From Dicyema japonicum (Eukaryota; Animalia; Dicyemida): a DNA stretch of 64,000 nucleotides. Both the position numbers and the translations under genes were made by a program. The notes under the pieces are model-generated. The model saw only the letters and a program-made list of their open reading frames with translations. It did not search any database and was not told the DNA's origin. The stretch is taken from NCBI GenBank assembly GCA_011109175.1, contig RDEW01000064.1:74653-138652 (forward strand), written 5' to 3'. How positions within the stretch are numbered: the first letter of the stretch is position 1; each line of letters starts with the position of its first letter. Shown here piece by piece: positions 1 through 12,790 of this stretch.

Positions 1-302
1 TACTGCATAACTAATTGGTTGAAGTTTTTTGATTGTTTCTCTGTTCCTTTTCTCTCTTCCTAATAGAGTGGTGTCATGTGATCCCCCTGTCTAGGTGTTC
101 CCCAGCGCCTGGCTGGCACAAAAAAAGATCATTTGCTTTCCCCATTCCAATGGAGGGGTTTCCACAACTGCAAGAATGGAATCTTTACCCTTTATGCTGA
201 TTCCGGATAAACTCTGTTTCTGTAGAAGTGGAGATTGGGCAGACGTAATTAGTTGTTTACGTTAACTTCTCTCTCGGGGTATCCGGGGTTAATAAATTAA
301 AT
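1..302 (+). mobile_element. Short retroposon family B (structured core, LINE-derived 3' tail); copy cut by the window start
   Basis: Similar copies at about 39930-40255, 42785-43097, 51650-51975 and degenerate 17380-17570. Ends in ...TATCCGGGGTTAATAAATTAAAT; the tail translates LCFCRSG, like the HLCRSGIT* end of the LINE at 7385. Confidence 0.7.
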
Positions 303-2230
303 CTAAATTTTGAAAAATGGCAAAGCCATCACGTCATTCGTAGTTGACCCTTCCGCTTACCCAAAAGACGTCCTGATAAAATCAGACGTGCTCAATAACG
401 CCAGACATTTTACTTTTCCATGGACATCTATTTTATATATTTTTATTCTCCAGTTTTATATTTTCTACTTTTTTGTGCATCTTTGTCTAACATTAATACT
501 TTAGCCTTATTTGGATATTATCGAGAAGCATCATAGGTTCTTTGAAAAAGGTGCTTTTACTGTTTATGGTTCAAGCACGTGAGACGTCTCAACGAAGATC
601 GGCTAGAAAGAGAACCACAATGCTACGGTACTTACTCCTTTTCGAATCTTAAGCACTACTATCTGCGTAACCCACACACAACGATGACTCTAGCGGAATT
701 GCGTATGAGAAATTATTCGTGAACGTTGAATCCTAAGAAAGACATCTCAATTGGCTCTATGGCATGGTCGTTACGCTATCCGGCCTCTTTTCATCACCTT
801 TGTTATGTCCGTCTGCTTCCAGAAGGGCACAGTGGAAAGACATTTGAAAAAGTTTGAAAATTTGTTTAAAAATTGGGAATTCGCATTAAAATATAATTTC
901 TATCCACGACGCACGTGAGACCCGGTGGCTACTCCAGTTGATCTTTGTTGCAATCGTGAAAGGCAACGCAACGTCGATAATGTCGGCGGGGTCCATTTTG
1001 GATGGATGGCAGTTTTAAATAAAAGAATAAATTTTGTTAATTTAAATTTAATTTCTATCCCATTTTTTGTTCCTGTTGATTAATTTTAAAAATATTTATA
1101 ATTATTATGCATTCGAAAATTATATATTATTTATGCAAGATATATAAATGGGCGCATAGTGCCGTGTGGTTCCACGTGGCTACTTGATTGAAGATTTCTC
1201 TTCCATCCCTCTTGGCGTCATTGGATCCACCAATGCCTGGCCAGCATTCAAAAGGATTCATCCATTCCTCAGAGATACAATTTTGCTCCCTAGCAAAGAA
1301 TTCTGGATCGACCTCAGCTTCTCGGATAACGGCTTCCTGATAACATCTAGCATTTGCCTTCTATGGAACGCGTCAATTAAGTAAGTTCTATTATGGGTTT
1401 CCCCAAGTGGCAACATTGTACCTTAAAATTGGAAATATGAATCCATTTACAACCTTGGGCAGGTTTTGTCTCCTACTGACGTTTGCTTAACAAAATCCAT
1501 TGTAACTTATAAATTTTCGCCAAAGTTTTCCGTTTGATCGAAACTGCATTGTCCTACCTATACTGCAATACAACTCGGGAATGTGGGTACTAACCCAGAC
1601 ATGGAAAACAACTAAGGACTCAGACAGCATCCGAAAAATCTGAATCTCTAGAAGACCTTGGCGGAGTCTAACAGAATGGATCATTTGGGTGGCACAAACA
1701 ACGGGAAGAATTTAGCTTTCACATTGCGATTGTGTATAATAAATTATGATTTATTATAGCATGAATGAGACCGTGTTGTCAACTAAACCACGGGACACGT
1801 ATCTCGCGATTCGATTGATCTAAGACGCTATTTGGAAAGAATACAATTTTGAATTATTTTTTATTAAATAAAGCAATTTATTACGTAACAAAAAATCAAA
1901 ATAATCCAGCAGAAAGAATTAAATGGCTGTTTTTCCTTACAACTCCCAGAAAAATCCTTTGGAACAGTCACTTGGTTTCCCAACGTTCGTTACCTGCTTT
2001 CGATTTCATATACCCAAGCGATTTTACAAGAGACCGTCTTGGGCCCAAAGATTCCGCTCGTTTCGACGACAGCGACCTGTACGTAATCTGGTGGAGAGGC
2101 TGTCATATTTTCTTATGTTGGAATTCCAGGGCCATCGGTTCCAGAGATGACGGAATCCAGCTGTTCCAAGATAGCGCATGACCTCGTTAATAGCTACAGA
2201 GACGTACAGATTTCTGTTCTCAATAATTTC
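1..2230. repeat. Copy A of a large mosaic segmental duplication
   Basis: Colinear with 51677-54095; 1-758 also matches 39957-40712; 5591-5758 matches 54096-54262. Confidence 0.9.
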
Positions 2231-2512
2231 AATGGAGACGTGTCTTCTACTCAAGCAATATAGAGGTAATCATTCGGCATGACCTCGTTAATAGCTACAG
2301 AGACGTACAGATTTCTGTTCTCAATAATTTCAATGGAGACGTGTCTTCTACTCAAGCAATATAGAGGTAATCATTCGACTTACAGAAACCAGGAAGAATG
2401 TTTTTTGAGATTAGGGATTTTGACCTTATTTTGTCACATGGGGGGCGCGTAACGCATGGGCAGCCTGTTAAATTTTTTCGACCTTGAAAAGGTCTTTTGA
2501 TTATCCGACATT

Positions 2513-2619
2513 ATTATTATTATTACCCCCAGGATCACTAAGTCAAAAAGAAAGAAATAAAAGTTCTCATCTAACTAAGTGATCCCAGACCGACAAAGGT
2601 GAAGATGAGTCCCTCTTTG
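2513..2619 (-). mobile_element. 5'-truncated LINE 3' end inserted in the Ginger element
   Basis: Near-identical to 7320-7420, with a (TAA)n tail; 14-bp TSD GATTATCCGACATT at 2499-2512 and 2620-2633. Confidence 0.85.
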
Positions 2620-2762
2620 GATTATCCGACATTTAATTTTATATATCCGATTTATATCGTGATTTAATCCTGTTAAATTAGTTTTTTATTCATAAATGTT
2701 ATGATTATAAAGATTTTATTTTTTTATAGCGGTAAACCTAGATTTCTAGCGTGATTTATAGC

Positions 2763-3483
2763 ATGGAAGATTATTTTGTTGCAATGGCTTCTTACAAGGG
2801 TTTTGTGAAAGATTGCGTTGAATATCAAACTTTAAAAGATGCTTTGCATGATAAATTTCCCGAAAATCTTCCGAGGCACCGAAAATATAGGCTTGTAAAG
2901 AAGATAGAGAATTTTTCTATTATCAATGACAGGTATTGTAAATTTTCAATAATTTTAGACTGTATCTTAAATCAACTGATCCCAAGTTAGTCATATCCCT
3001 CGATAATGAAACCGAAATGGAGCATGTTGCGAAATCGTTGCACGAGTTTTCACATGGAGGAGTCAATAAAATTGAGTATGAATGTCGACAAAGATACTTC
3101 AGTGTCGAGAATGAGATTATCAGAAAATTCATTCGAAATTGTGAAGTCTTTAAATTTTCGCGTCCCTTAAAAGTTCGTGATTTTTTATAATTGGAGATAT
3201 AAATCATCATGTGTTTGCTTCTTCTCCAAATGAACGTTTTCAGGTAGATCTAATAGACCTGAAAAAATTTTCAACATTAAATGAAAATTTCAAATGGATT
3301 TTAACGGTCATTGACATATATAGTAGGCTGGTTTTTTTTTTAATTTATAGATTCGCTTTTGTACGACCACTCTATAATAAGTCTGGTAAAGAAGTATGTG
3401 AAAACTTAAGATATTTGTTCCGCCTGAATGGGCCATGTAAATTTCTTCAGTCGGACAATGGATCTGAATTTAAAAATCAATAA
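2763..3483 (+). pseudogene. Integrase/transposase of the Ginger-type element, with mini-introns, frameshifted and 3'-truncated
   Basis: Removing the 26-nt GT-AG intron 2933-2958 joins IINDR to LYLKSTDPKLV and the zinc finger. Removing the 24-nt GC-AG segment 3327-3350 restores IDIYSR|FAFVRPL. Confidence 0.75.
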
Positions 3484-4399
3484 ATAAGTATTATCCAGTT
3501 GCAGAAATAATTAATATTTTATCGAATAATCGCGTGGCGGTAGTTTTAAATAGTTTAATTTGATAGATAAAAAATTCGAAAGGAGAAATATCGGCTGTAT
3601 TAATGAGTAGACTAAAAAAAGTTACTTAAATTTAATTTTTTGTGGTTAATAAATCATTTATAAAATTAATTGAAGTTAATTGAAGTTAATCTTGGTTCAA
3701 GGTTAATGTAACAGGCTGCCCATAGGTAACGCTTGGCCCATGTGACATATTTATTGTCAATTAGACTCAGTTTCTTATCTGATGGAAGAAAGGCTGTAAA
3801 TATTTTTTCCAGAATCGTCTATAGCCAATTTACCATAAGCCAGAAGCTAAAGTCGATCCAGATATGTTGCTTTTTCCATACTGGATGTCCAGATCATGTA
3901 TGATCAGCATTGTGTCGTCATTGGTCTGTATATTATTTTAACTCCCGGTATTGCAAGGTCTATCTGTCAAATAGCCCATAAATGTTGATTTTTCTACTTT
4001 GAAGCTATGTTAAAAAGGTATAAATAACATTTATATTTTCAAAATGACAATCCTCTCCATAACTTTAGTTATTGAGTAAAGCAATGGAACCTATCAATAT
4101 GACGTGGGTCGTTCCCAGGTTTTAGAATACGATGTATATGCACAAGTTTCCAGTTTTTCGGATAAAGTTCGAGTTAATTGATTGGTTGTTGATATACGTG
4201 AGAGGAGCGACTCCCTGTTCTCTTAATTTTTAGGAAGAATATTGGAATCCTACCAGATCCTTGAGAGTTGTTCTTATAAAACTCACGACATCCCTTACTA
4301 TATAAGGGTGAATAATAATATAAGGACCGTCTCGAAATTCACAATCCTCATAGCTCCTCTTGGACAAAACGCTCACGTTATTTTATTGTACAGAACTGT

Positions 4400-4800
4400 T
4401 AGTTAATTAAGTAACCCCTGCCTCACTAACTTGCAGGAGACCAGAAGCTATTAGATAGGACGCAGCAAATGCCGGTCGCTTCCATAGATCAGTCAGTACT
4501 GACATTGTAGACGACGTTGTGCTAATTCATGACATTCAAATAGGTTATTTGTTGTCAACTCGTAGAGGTTGCAAAAGGGACAGAGGACATCGTTTATCGG
4601 AGAGATGTGGTGCCCACATCGTAGACGAGTCAGGTTTACCTGGACGAGGCCGTTTATGTTGAATTGCAGGTAATTCCCGTTCTTGTATGGCAGGAGTTCT
4701 GTTCGATGTCCTAAGCAAGGATTAGGAGTAGCCAATCCGATCTTTGGGAGAGAAAGATATGCGCCTGCTTAAAAGTCACAATCATTCAGTCCAAATTCCC
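4400..4800 (-). mobile_element. Non-LTR retrotransposon C-terminal remnant (zinc-knuckle region)
   Basis: TRLRCGHH...CPFC...NNLFEC resembles the C-terminus of I-group LINE ORF2; related fragment at 61255-61548. Confidence 0.6.
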
Positions 4801-7315
4801 AGAGGTCGTTGAACAGGTTTAATGGGGAATAAGTGTGATTTTTTTAGTTGCCGAATCAATTTTGTCCTCGTGAAGGTGAACCACATCAATAATTTAAAGA
4901 ACTGTAATGCTAACTAATCGATGAAAAGGAGTCCTTAATTAATTTTTTGTTTTGTGCGCTGGCTCATGTAGACGAACCTGTTCTGCAGAGAATATTAACT
5001 GGTGGCTTCGTTGCTTGTTGAATTTATTTACTTGTCAACTTTATAAAATACCATTCAAATATCTGATTTTTAAATTAAATAAAATATTTTTTTGTTTTAT
5101 AATTATTTTTAATTTTCGTTCAAATTTATTGATTTCATGTCAAATTTATGTTTCCTGAGAAAGATATTTTCATTTTTATTTGGGAAACTTTGAATATTAC
5201 TTTAATTTGTATCATTAAATTGAATTAAACCTGTTATCACTAAAATATATAAACTTAATTTTAAATGGCCCTACATTAGTTGACAGTTTCTCACTACCAA
5301 ATTCTATTGTTTCGAAAGATCTTATGGATGTGAGTCTTGTTGTTTTCAAAAATTATCATATGTAAAAGATTGGGGGTTACACAATATTCTTTTGGAGGGT
5401 GAGAGAAAGGACTATTCGTTAGGGTATACACATACCATTAGAAAACCAGAAATCGGGTTATGAATTTAAAGTATTCATATGATTCCCTCCGGCATTTCAA
5501 ATAAAGTAATTTGAGTATGTAAAATTTTTTAAATTAATTGCTGAATCTTTACGAAATAGTGGTGTTAAAACGATACCGACAAACTCAAAGTTGAGCTACT
5601 AACTACCCCCTACCTAAGAAGAAACCGTTATGGGCTTCATATATATGATTAAATATTTTTAGATTAATATTCAAAAAAATTTCATTAATTCATTTAGAGC
5701 CTTATTTCGTGAAGCCTGTATTGAAAAAAACCGTATTTTCTCCAATATCCTGATTCTGTTTTGATCCTGAACTTAGAACTTATTCCTTGGTGGCTAATTC
5801 GTACAGGGATTTTAGGGATTGGCATAACGCCAGTTCAATAACAGCCATAGGTTCGGTTAGGAAAGAGAAGTATTTCTTTAGAGCAGTGGTTCCCAAATAG
5901 AAAAACCGTGGATAGCTTTCGACCAGAAAGAATTGAACTCACGGATAATTGGTTCTTTGTATTTTTAAAATCATTTGTGCTTTTTTGTGAACTGTCCCTT
6001 CATTATAAAGTTTTCTAGTTCTGTCCATTTAACAACCCCCCGTCATCTTAGATAACATGAAAATCTTCTATTGACGGATTATTTAAAACAGTCGATATTG
6101 AAAATCAATTATTTTTGACAAATGAATGCCTAAATTAACTTTATATAAGTGAAGCCTCTGACACGTGATCCTACAATTTTGGCCGGACTGATTTGAACAC
6201 AGATACTTTGCAATCCCACACTCTTTGTTGAGTTCATAAATTTTGGTTTCTGATGTCTCTCATATTCGCCACCTCGTCTTGCAGACTTGTGCCAGGAGCA
6301 GCGGGTTACGAGAGATGAACAGTCTTAAAGAATCTCGAAGGGAATAGTTTTCAAAGTAGACGACTACATCTAAAATATAAAATTAGCAAAACAGGAAGTT
6401 TTTCAAGGAATTTGTGAAAAAACCAGAATCCTAATAATATTTCCGAAATTCTCAAGAGCATCTTGTACATACATAAAGTGCATTGGTTTCCGGGACGATC
6501 AGAGAGCATAGATGGGGACGGGATCACTGAGAACCATGTATTTCCTTTTAATTTGTTGGTGATTTTTCGTTCAAATAAATAAACTGATTAGAATCTTTAT
6601 CATAGGTATTGCCGACAACAATGGTCTTACTGAGCGTTTTGAAAAAAAATTTTCGTTTCAAAGTTGAGTCGCGTCGTAAGACGATCCTGACTTTGTTAGC
6701 GACACCTTTACGCATTATCTCGTACGCTCTAGAAATTTCGAAGCCGATTGTGATGAAACGAAAACGATCTCCGAGGGCAACTGTTTCTTCAACATCTACC
6801 TTTGATAAAACGATTTTTTAATTTCTAAAAAATATAAATTAGTGAGCAATTCTCGTGATTAAGTGTATTCTCTTTTACTACTTGCATGGAAAGTGCTCTA
6901 TCATTCATATCTTTTCTCGACTATTTTTTCCATTACATTTTGCTAGTAACGATAGATGAGCTTAATCAAAGTGTTCCCTTAAGGTTGCGTATTTTTTCCT
7001 TTAGCGAATTAGGTTCGCCGTGTCAATTAGCCTAAATAATTGAATACTTTTTTTCCTCTAGTAGGAGAACCTCAATGCCTGGCCAGAATTCAAAAGGATT
7101 CTTTCATCCAAATAGAGACTGTCCACCTTACTCAGGAGACGCCTAATGCCTGGTTGAATTCAAAAGGATTTTTCTTTTTATCAAACTGGAGACTATTTCG
7201 CTCCCTGGAGACGTGTTCTGGTTTTAACCATCTAGCTGAGGCTCAAATGGAACTCGTTAAGGTTAAACTCACTAACTAGGTGATCTCAGCGTCCAATATC
7301 TCACGAACTCTCCAT

Positions 7316-9375
7316 AATTATTATTATTATTATTACCCCCAGGATCACTGGGTCAAAGAGAAAGAAATAAAAGTTCTCATCTAACTAAGTGATCCCAGAC
7401 CGACAAAGGTGAGGACGAGTCCGGCGGGGTCGAGAATCCTGAACAGCTCTTCTCATAGGACATGGCATCGGCTCACAATTTCTGTATGATTGTAGATAAT
7501 TCGATAGTATTTGGAATAGAGGGCAGCTCGGTAGAACAGCCTCCTTTAATAGTTTTCGTTGTATTTCAATTAAAAAATTTTCAATAGGTTGGATGTTATG
7601 ATCTGGTCCAATTAACCTCATTGCAGTCTCCTCGATTGCAGATAACTTCAATGTGGAAGATCGTGACATTTGCATTGCCCATATAGGGCTTGCATACGTC
7701 ATCGTTGGTCGGATGAATTGTTTGTATATCGTGGCAAGGATCCCAGTTAGATCTCTAAATATTTTTGAGAGCACTTTTAAAATTCTTAATTTTTTCAGAG
7801 CAGAAGTTACTCTGTTTTCAACATGCCGGATAAATATGAGTCCCTGATCAAAGGTTACTCCAAGAATCTTCGGTGTTTTGTTAATAGAGATAGCTTCGTT
7901 CTTCATAAAGACTTTTGGTTCGATACAGAGCTGTCTCTTGTAGGTGGTAAACAGTGTGACAAAGGACTTTGCTGCTGATGTGTCAAGTCTCCGCTTCGAG
8001 AGCCATAGTTCCAAGTTGTCAAGCATTTGTTGAGCCAACTGAGTCGCTGATTGAATGTTTCTGTCCTTGGAGGCAAGAATGATATCGTCGGCATATGAGA
8101 GGATTAGACAGTTTTCATTACAGGTTTGTGGCATGTCGTTTATGTAGAGATTGAAGAGTAGAGGTGATAGTGGTGAGCCTTGAGGGACTCCATTTGGGAA
8201 ATAGCGAGATCTTGATTTGATGTTGTTGCAGAGCACTTGTGCTCGTCTTCCGTTTAGGAAGTTTCCAAGCCAAAGTTTCAGGTTCGGATGGATGTTGGTT
8301 TCATATATTTTTTTTGTTAGAAGTTTCCTAGGGACTGAGTCGAACGCTTTTGTGATGTCCAAGGATATAAGTACTGTCCTCTGATAGGGTTTGAGGGAGT
8401 TAAATCCTTCCGCAATGAATTATGTGTGGGTTGTAAGGTGTGTTGTCGTCGAATGGTTGTCCCGGAATCCGTGCTGGGACGGAGGTATTGAGAATGAGTC
8501 TTGTATTTTTTCCAAAACAAGCCTTTCAAGGATCCTTGAAACCGGACTTAGAATAGATATTGGGCGATAGGAAGATGGTTCATCTATTGGTTTGTTGGGT
8601 TTTCGGATAGGTCTGCTTAGAGACTTCTTCCATATTTCAGGGATTGTATTTGTGTTAATGGAGAGGTTGAATATATAGGCTAATAGTTCCAGGGCTCGAT
8701 GGCCTAGGTGCTTCAGTTCACATGTGGTTATGTTGTCTGGTCTTTTGGCCTCTGAGTTGTTGGCCTTAGATATGGCTCTGCGAACATCCTGACTAGTAAA
8801 TAGGATCCAGTTATCGGAGCGTTTCGGTTCAATCTTTTTCAGGAATACTTGGTGTTCTTTTGAAAACTTCCTGTAGGATATAGATGTGTAATATTTTATC
8901 AGAGTGTCTGGTTTTATGTAGACTTCGACTTTTCTCTCTGAGGAGGGTCTTTTGATGTTTTTGATCCACTTCCACACTCTTTGCATTGGGGGTTTTTTGT
9001 AGAGAGCTTTCGGTAGTCTCGTCCATCTATTTGCATTTTCTGTCTTTATGTTGTTGTCGATCTCTCTGTACAATTCTCGTATTTTCCTGATGTTTTCTTC
9101 TGTTGGCGATTTTACCATCTTTAGATTGTTTCGTTCTCCGATCAGATGTTTCGTCGTTGTGTTAAAACGTTTTGATGACGTTGGTTGACTCCCCATAGGA
9201 ATGTACTTCTTTTTCGCATCGTTTATAATGGAGTTGAACCATTTCACTAATTGTTCGACGGAGGGAAAAGTGGGGAAATTTAGTCCAATACAATTATCGA
9301 CGTATTCCTTGAATCCTTTCCAATTCGCAAGGCTGTAGTCCATAAATGTTGCACTATGACTCAACTGCAATCCGA
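7316..9375 (-). mobile_element. 5'-truncated I/Jockey-group LINE, reverse transcriptase ORF with frameshifts
   Basis: ORFs 8420-9370 and 7385-8362 carry SYRPISILSPVSRILERL, QHGFR, DITKAFDSV, GVPQGSPLSPLLF and YADD; (TAA)n tail at 7316-7335. Confidence 0.92.
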
Positions 9376-9439
9376 ATCTCGTTATAAATTTACATAACTC
9401 ATAATTTGCCTTTAATTATAAAAAATATTATAAATTGTC

Positions 9440-12400
9440 GTCAAAAAACGTGTCGTCGTTGTGTGTTGTTGTTTTTCGCCTATTGTGATTATTTTCCTAT
9501 TTTTGACTTTCTCTTATTGACTATTTTCGCCTATTGAGACTATTCTCCTATTCTTGATTTTCGCCTATTGAGATTATTCCCCTATTCTTGATTTTCGCCT
9601 ATTGTTGATTCAGTGGAATGGTACTCGAAAAGTCATCGTCTAATTGCTCTACCTGCAACATGAGCAATTTGAGAAAGTTTGGAATTTCTTGTTCTGTCTG
9701 TGGAGTGTTCTCTCACATCGGGTGTTTGAAGCTCTCTCAGGCCTCTATCCGTGCTCTTGGGGTATGGCACTGCCGCTCGTGCCTTGGAATTGGTTCGGGG
9801 TTTCCTAATAGTCACGCTGTCGTAGCAGATCCTGATGAAGCTCTGAAACTGATCTCTCGAACGCGCTCGGACGTGACCATTCTTGTGAAGATTCCCAAAA
9901 GTGCGAGAACTGCTGTTGCCGAGGCTCTGATCTCCACCATCAAGGATGTTTTGAAGCCTGACGCCGTTTCTTCGGAATGGGTCAAATTTTTCCTTTTCCC
10001 GTCACTCACTCTTGGGATCAGAAGACCAACGGAAGCATCCACTTCTCTCGCAACGAATATCAAAAGAGAGTTAGACTGTTTCTAAATGAACATAAAATGT
10101 CACTTACTGCTTTAAAATCAACTCAAATTGCACCCCGGAGCTCAAAGCGTCCGAAAACAGAGGAACTTCGCTTAATAAAGAAACTAATCAGGATGAAACT
10201 TATGGAAGGCGATATTCGTGGTGCTGTACGGCTATTAGTTTGTGATCCTGGGACACTTAAAAACACCCCTGAAACGCTCATGTCTTTACGAGAAAAACAC
10301 CCCGGATCCCCCGAAGACTTGAGAACTATAAAACCTTTCCACGAGGAACAATTGCTCCCTCTAACGAAGATATAATCACCTCCCTGCGTTCATTTCGTCC
10401 TAGTAGTGGAGGTGGTATTGATGGCTTGAGACCCGGTCACCTACGTGATCTCACAGCTCCAATGATGGGATCTGTCGGAAAGGATCTTTCGAATGTTATT
10501 TGCGAACTGATCAACAAAATTCTTTCTGGATGTTTGTCTCCTTTCGGTCGAGATATGTTATTTTCTGCTAATCTTGTTGCTCTCCGAAAGCCTGACGGCG
10601 GTGTCTGACCGATTGCTATTGGAAACGTGTTCAGGAGACTTGCAGCTAAAGTCGCTTGCTTTTCTGGGGTTCAAAGATCCTATTTTCAGTCCTATACAGA
10701 TGGGCGTTGGAGTTGTGGCGGTGCAGAGGCTTGTGTCCACGCAGTGAGGAGTTTTTTCACGTCGTCGTCCCAATGCAAAGAGGACGTTGTTTTCTGCAAA
10801 GTAGATCTTTAGAACGCATTTAATTCCATAAGGAGAGATCATTTATTGGAGTTATGCCAAAAAAATTTACCACTTATTTGAGAGATTGTTCGCCTTTCAT
10901 ATTCTAAGCCATCATCATTGTTTTTCCACGATGCCATCATTAAATCACGAACTGGTGTTCAACAAGGCGACCCACTTGGACCTCTTCTCTTTGCTTTAGG
11001 GATCCATGGAGTAGCCGCATGCTTAAAATCACTTTTAAATTTATGGTATTTGGATGACGGAATCATTGGTGGACATCCAGATACAGTTTTGGAGGACGTG
11101 CGTCGTTTGATATCTGAATTCGAAGCGATTGGCCTTTCTGTCAACAAGGCCAAATGTGAATTAATCAAGATCAAAAATCACTTTTAAATTTATGGTATTT
11201 GGATGACGGAATCATTGGTGGACATCCAGATACAGTTTTGGAGGACGTGCGTCGTTTGATATCTGAATTCGAAGCGATTGGCCTTTCTGTCAACAAGGCC
11301 AAATGTGAATTAATCAAGATCAATTTGAGTCCCGATCTGACAACTTTCTACAATGACCAGTTTAAATACACTCTCGAAAATTATGCATCGGTTCCAGTTG
11401 GGGAGTCTCTGTTCCTTGGTTCTCCTATATTCGAAGACCGAATTGTGGACGTGTTTAAAGAAAGGACAATAGAGCTCGGTACTTTTGAGACCCGTTTGCG
11501 GCATGTTGACAACCATATTGCCCTCTTCCTATTGAGAAACTGCTTGTCCATTCCAAGATTAAACTATTTACTAAGGACTGCACCATGTTATAAGTGTGAT
11601 TCCCTTTTAATGGAATACTCTGATTGCCTCAAAAGATGTACTGAATTCGTACTTAACGTTTCTCTTGACACCCCTGGATGGATACAGACTCAATTACCGA
11701 TATCATTGGGTGAAATCGGTCTTACTACTCCCTGCCAAATTGCTGGCCCGGCGTATTTTGCCTCAAAACTTTCATGCAAAAACCAAGTGGACTCAATTCT
11801 TTCAAAGCTTCCATCTCGGAAACTGTCCAATGACTTGGTTGAATACATGGACGTGTGGCGGAGTGAAGGGCTTTGCGAGCCGCGTAATCCAGACCAACAA
11901 TCGTCTTGGATGATCCATAGATGGAATGCTCTGGCATCCAACCTAGTCAGCCGGCTCTCTGGACACTGCCTAGACTGTTTCCAAAATTCGAGGGAGGCGG
12001 TTGATGGATCTTGGCTTGGGGTTTACCCATGTCAAGAAGTTGGTGGATTGTTGGATGATGACTCCCTTCGTACAGCTGTATGTCTACACCTCGGATTGCC
12101 TGTTTGCACCAAATCGAAGTGCAAATGTGGCTGTCTATCGGACGAACTGGGTCTCCACCTCCTCTCATGCCGGTGCGGAATTGGCAGATCTTCTCGACAT
12201 TCGGCAATCAACGGCATCATTAAGAGGGCATTAGAATCGGCTGGATTCCGTTGCCGGATCGAACCGACTGGTCTATTTGACAACGGAAGACGCCCTGACG
12301 GCATGACCTCCTTTCCTTTCGAGCGAGGGCGAAACCTTGTATGGGATGTGACCTGTGTCTGCTCTTTCGCCCCAAGCAAAAAAATAATTCACCGGGCAGA

Positions 12401-12790
12401 CCTTCTTCTCAAGCAGAGCAAATGAAAAATGCTAAGTATTCGGATATCAGCGACACGTACATTTTCGCACCTGTTAATTCACCGGGCAGACCTTCTTCTC
12501 AAGCAGAGCAAATGAAAAATGCTAAGTATTCGGATATCAGCGACACGTACATTTTCGCACCTGTCGCGATTGAAACTTCGGGGAACTTTGGCCCTAAAAC
12601 GCTGAAGTTCCTGAACCATTTGGGAAAACTACTAACTGACAAAACTGGTGATCTTCGTAAGACGAGATGGCTCAAGGAGAGGCTCTCGTTGGCTGTTGTC
12701 CGTGGGAATAGCTTGTGCATCTCCCAACGGCTGAATTAAAATTAAAATTAACTATTCTTTTTCCAATAAAATTAAAATTGAATAAATAAT
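9440..12790 (+). mobile_element. CRE-clade non-LTR retrotransposon (PHD finger - RT - zinc knuckle - restriction-like endonuclease), near full length, decayed
   Basis: N-terminal C4HC3 finger (CSTC...CSVC..FSHIGC...WHCRSC); RT with GVQQGDPLGPLLF and WYLDD; CKCG...HLLSC and RHSAIN; RRPDG...WDVTC...K..KY...PVAIETSG endonuclease motif. Several stops and frameshifts. Confidence 0.88.
9474..9610 (+). repeat. Degenerate tandem repeats in the 5' UTR of the CRE-like element
   Basis: Repeated TTTTCGCCTATTG(A/T)GATTATTCTCCTATTCTTGAT-like units directly upstream of the ATG at 9618. Confidence 0.75.

Larger units (their letters stand above)
2432..3747 (+). mobile_element. Ginger-type (retroviral-integrase-like DDE) DNA transposon, defective
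   Basis: Imperfect TIRs of about 43 bp (TGTCACATGGG...GGGCAGCCTGTTA / TAACAGGCTGCCCA...CCCATGTGACA) and a 5-bp TSD TATTT (2427-2431, 3748-3752). Encodes an H2C2-type zinc finger (LHEFSHGGVNK...FIRNCEV) and an integrase core (ERFQVDLIDL, LTVIDIYSR, LQSDNGSEF). Confidence 0.85.

Noticed and set aside
9474-9610. CRISPR-like repeats here and at 58612-58700 and 59474-59873
   Set aside because: No unique spacers or cas genes, and the context is eukaryotic; these are a retroelement leader and TIR subrepeats.
11310-12379. Multiple antisense and overlapping ORFs over retroelement coding regions (also 23688-24026, 27238-27486, 47830-48287)
   Set aside because: Shadow ORFs of RT coding sequence with no recognisable motifs.
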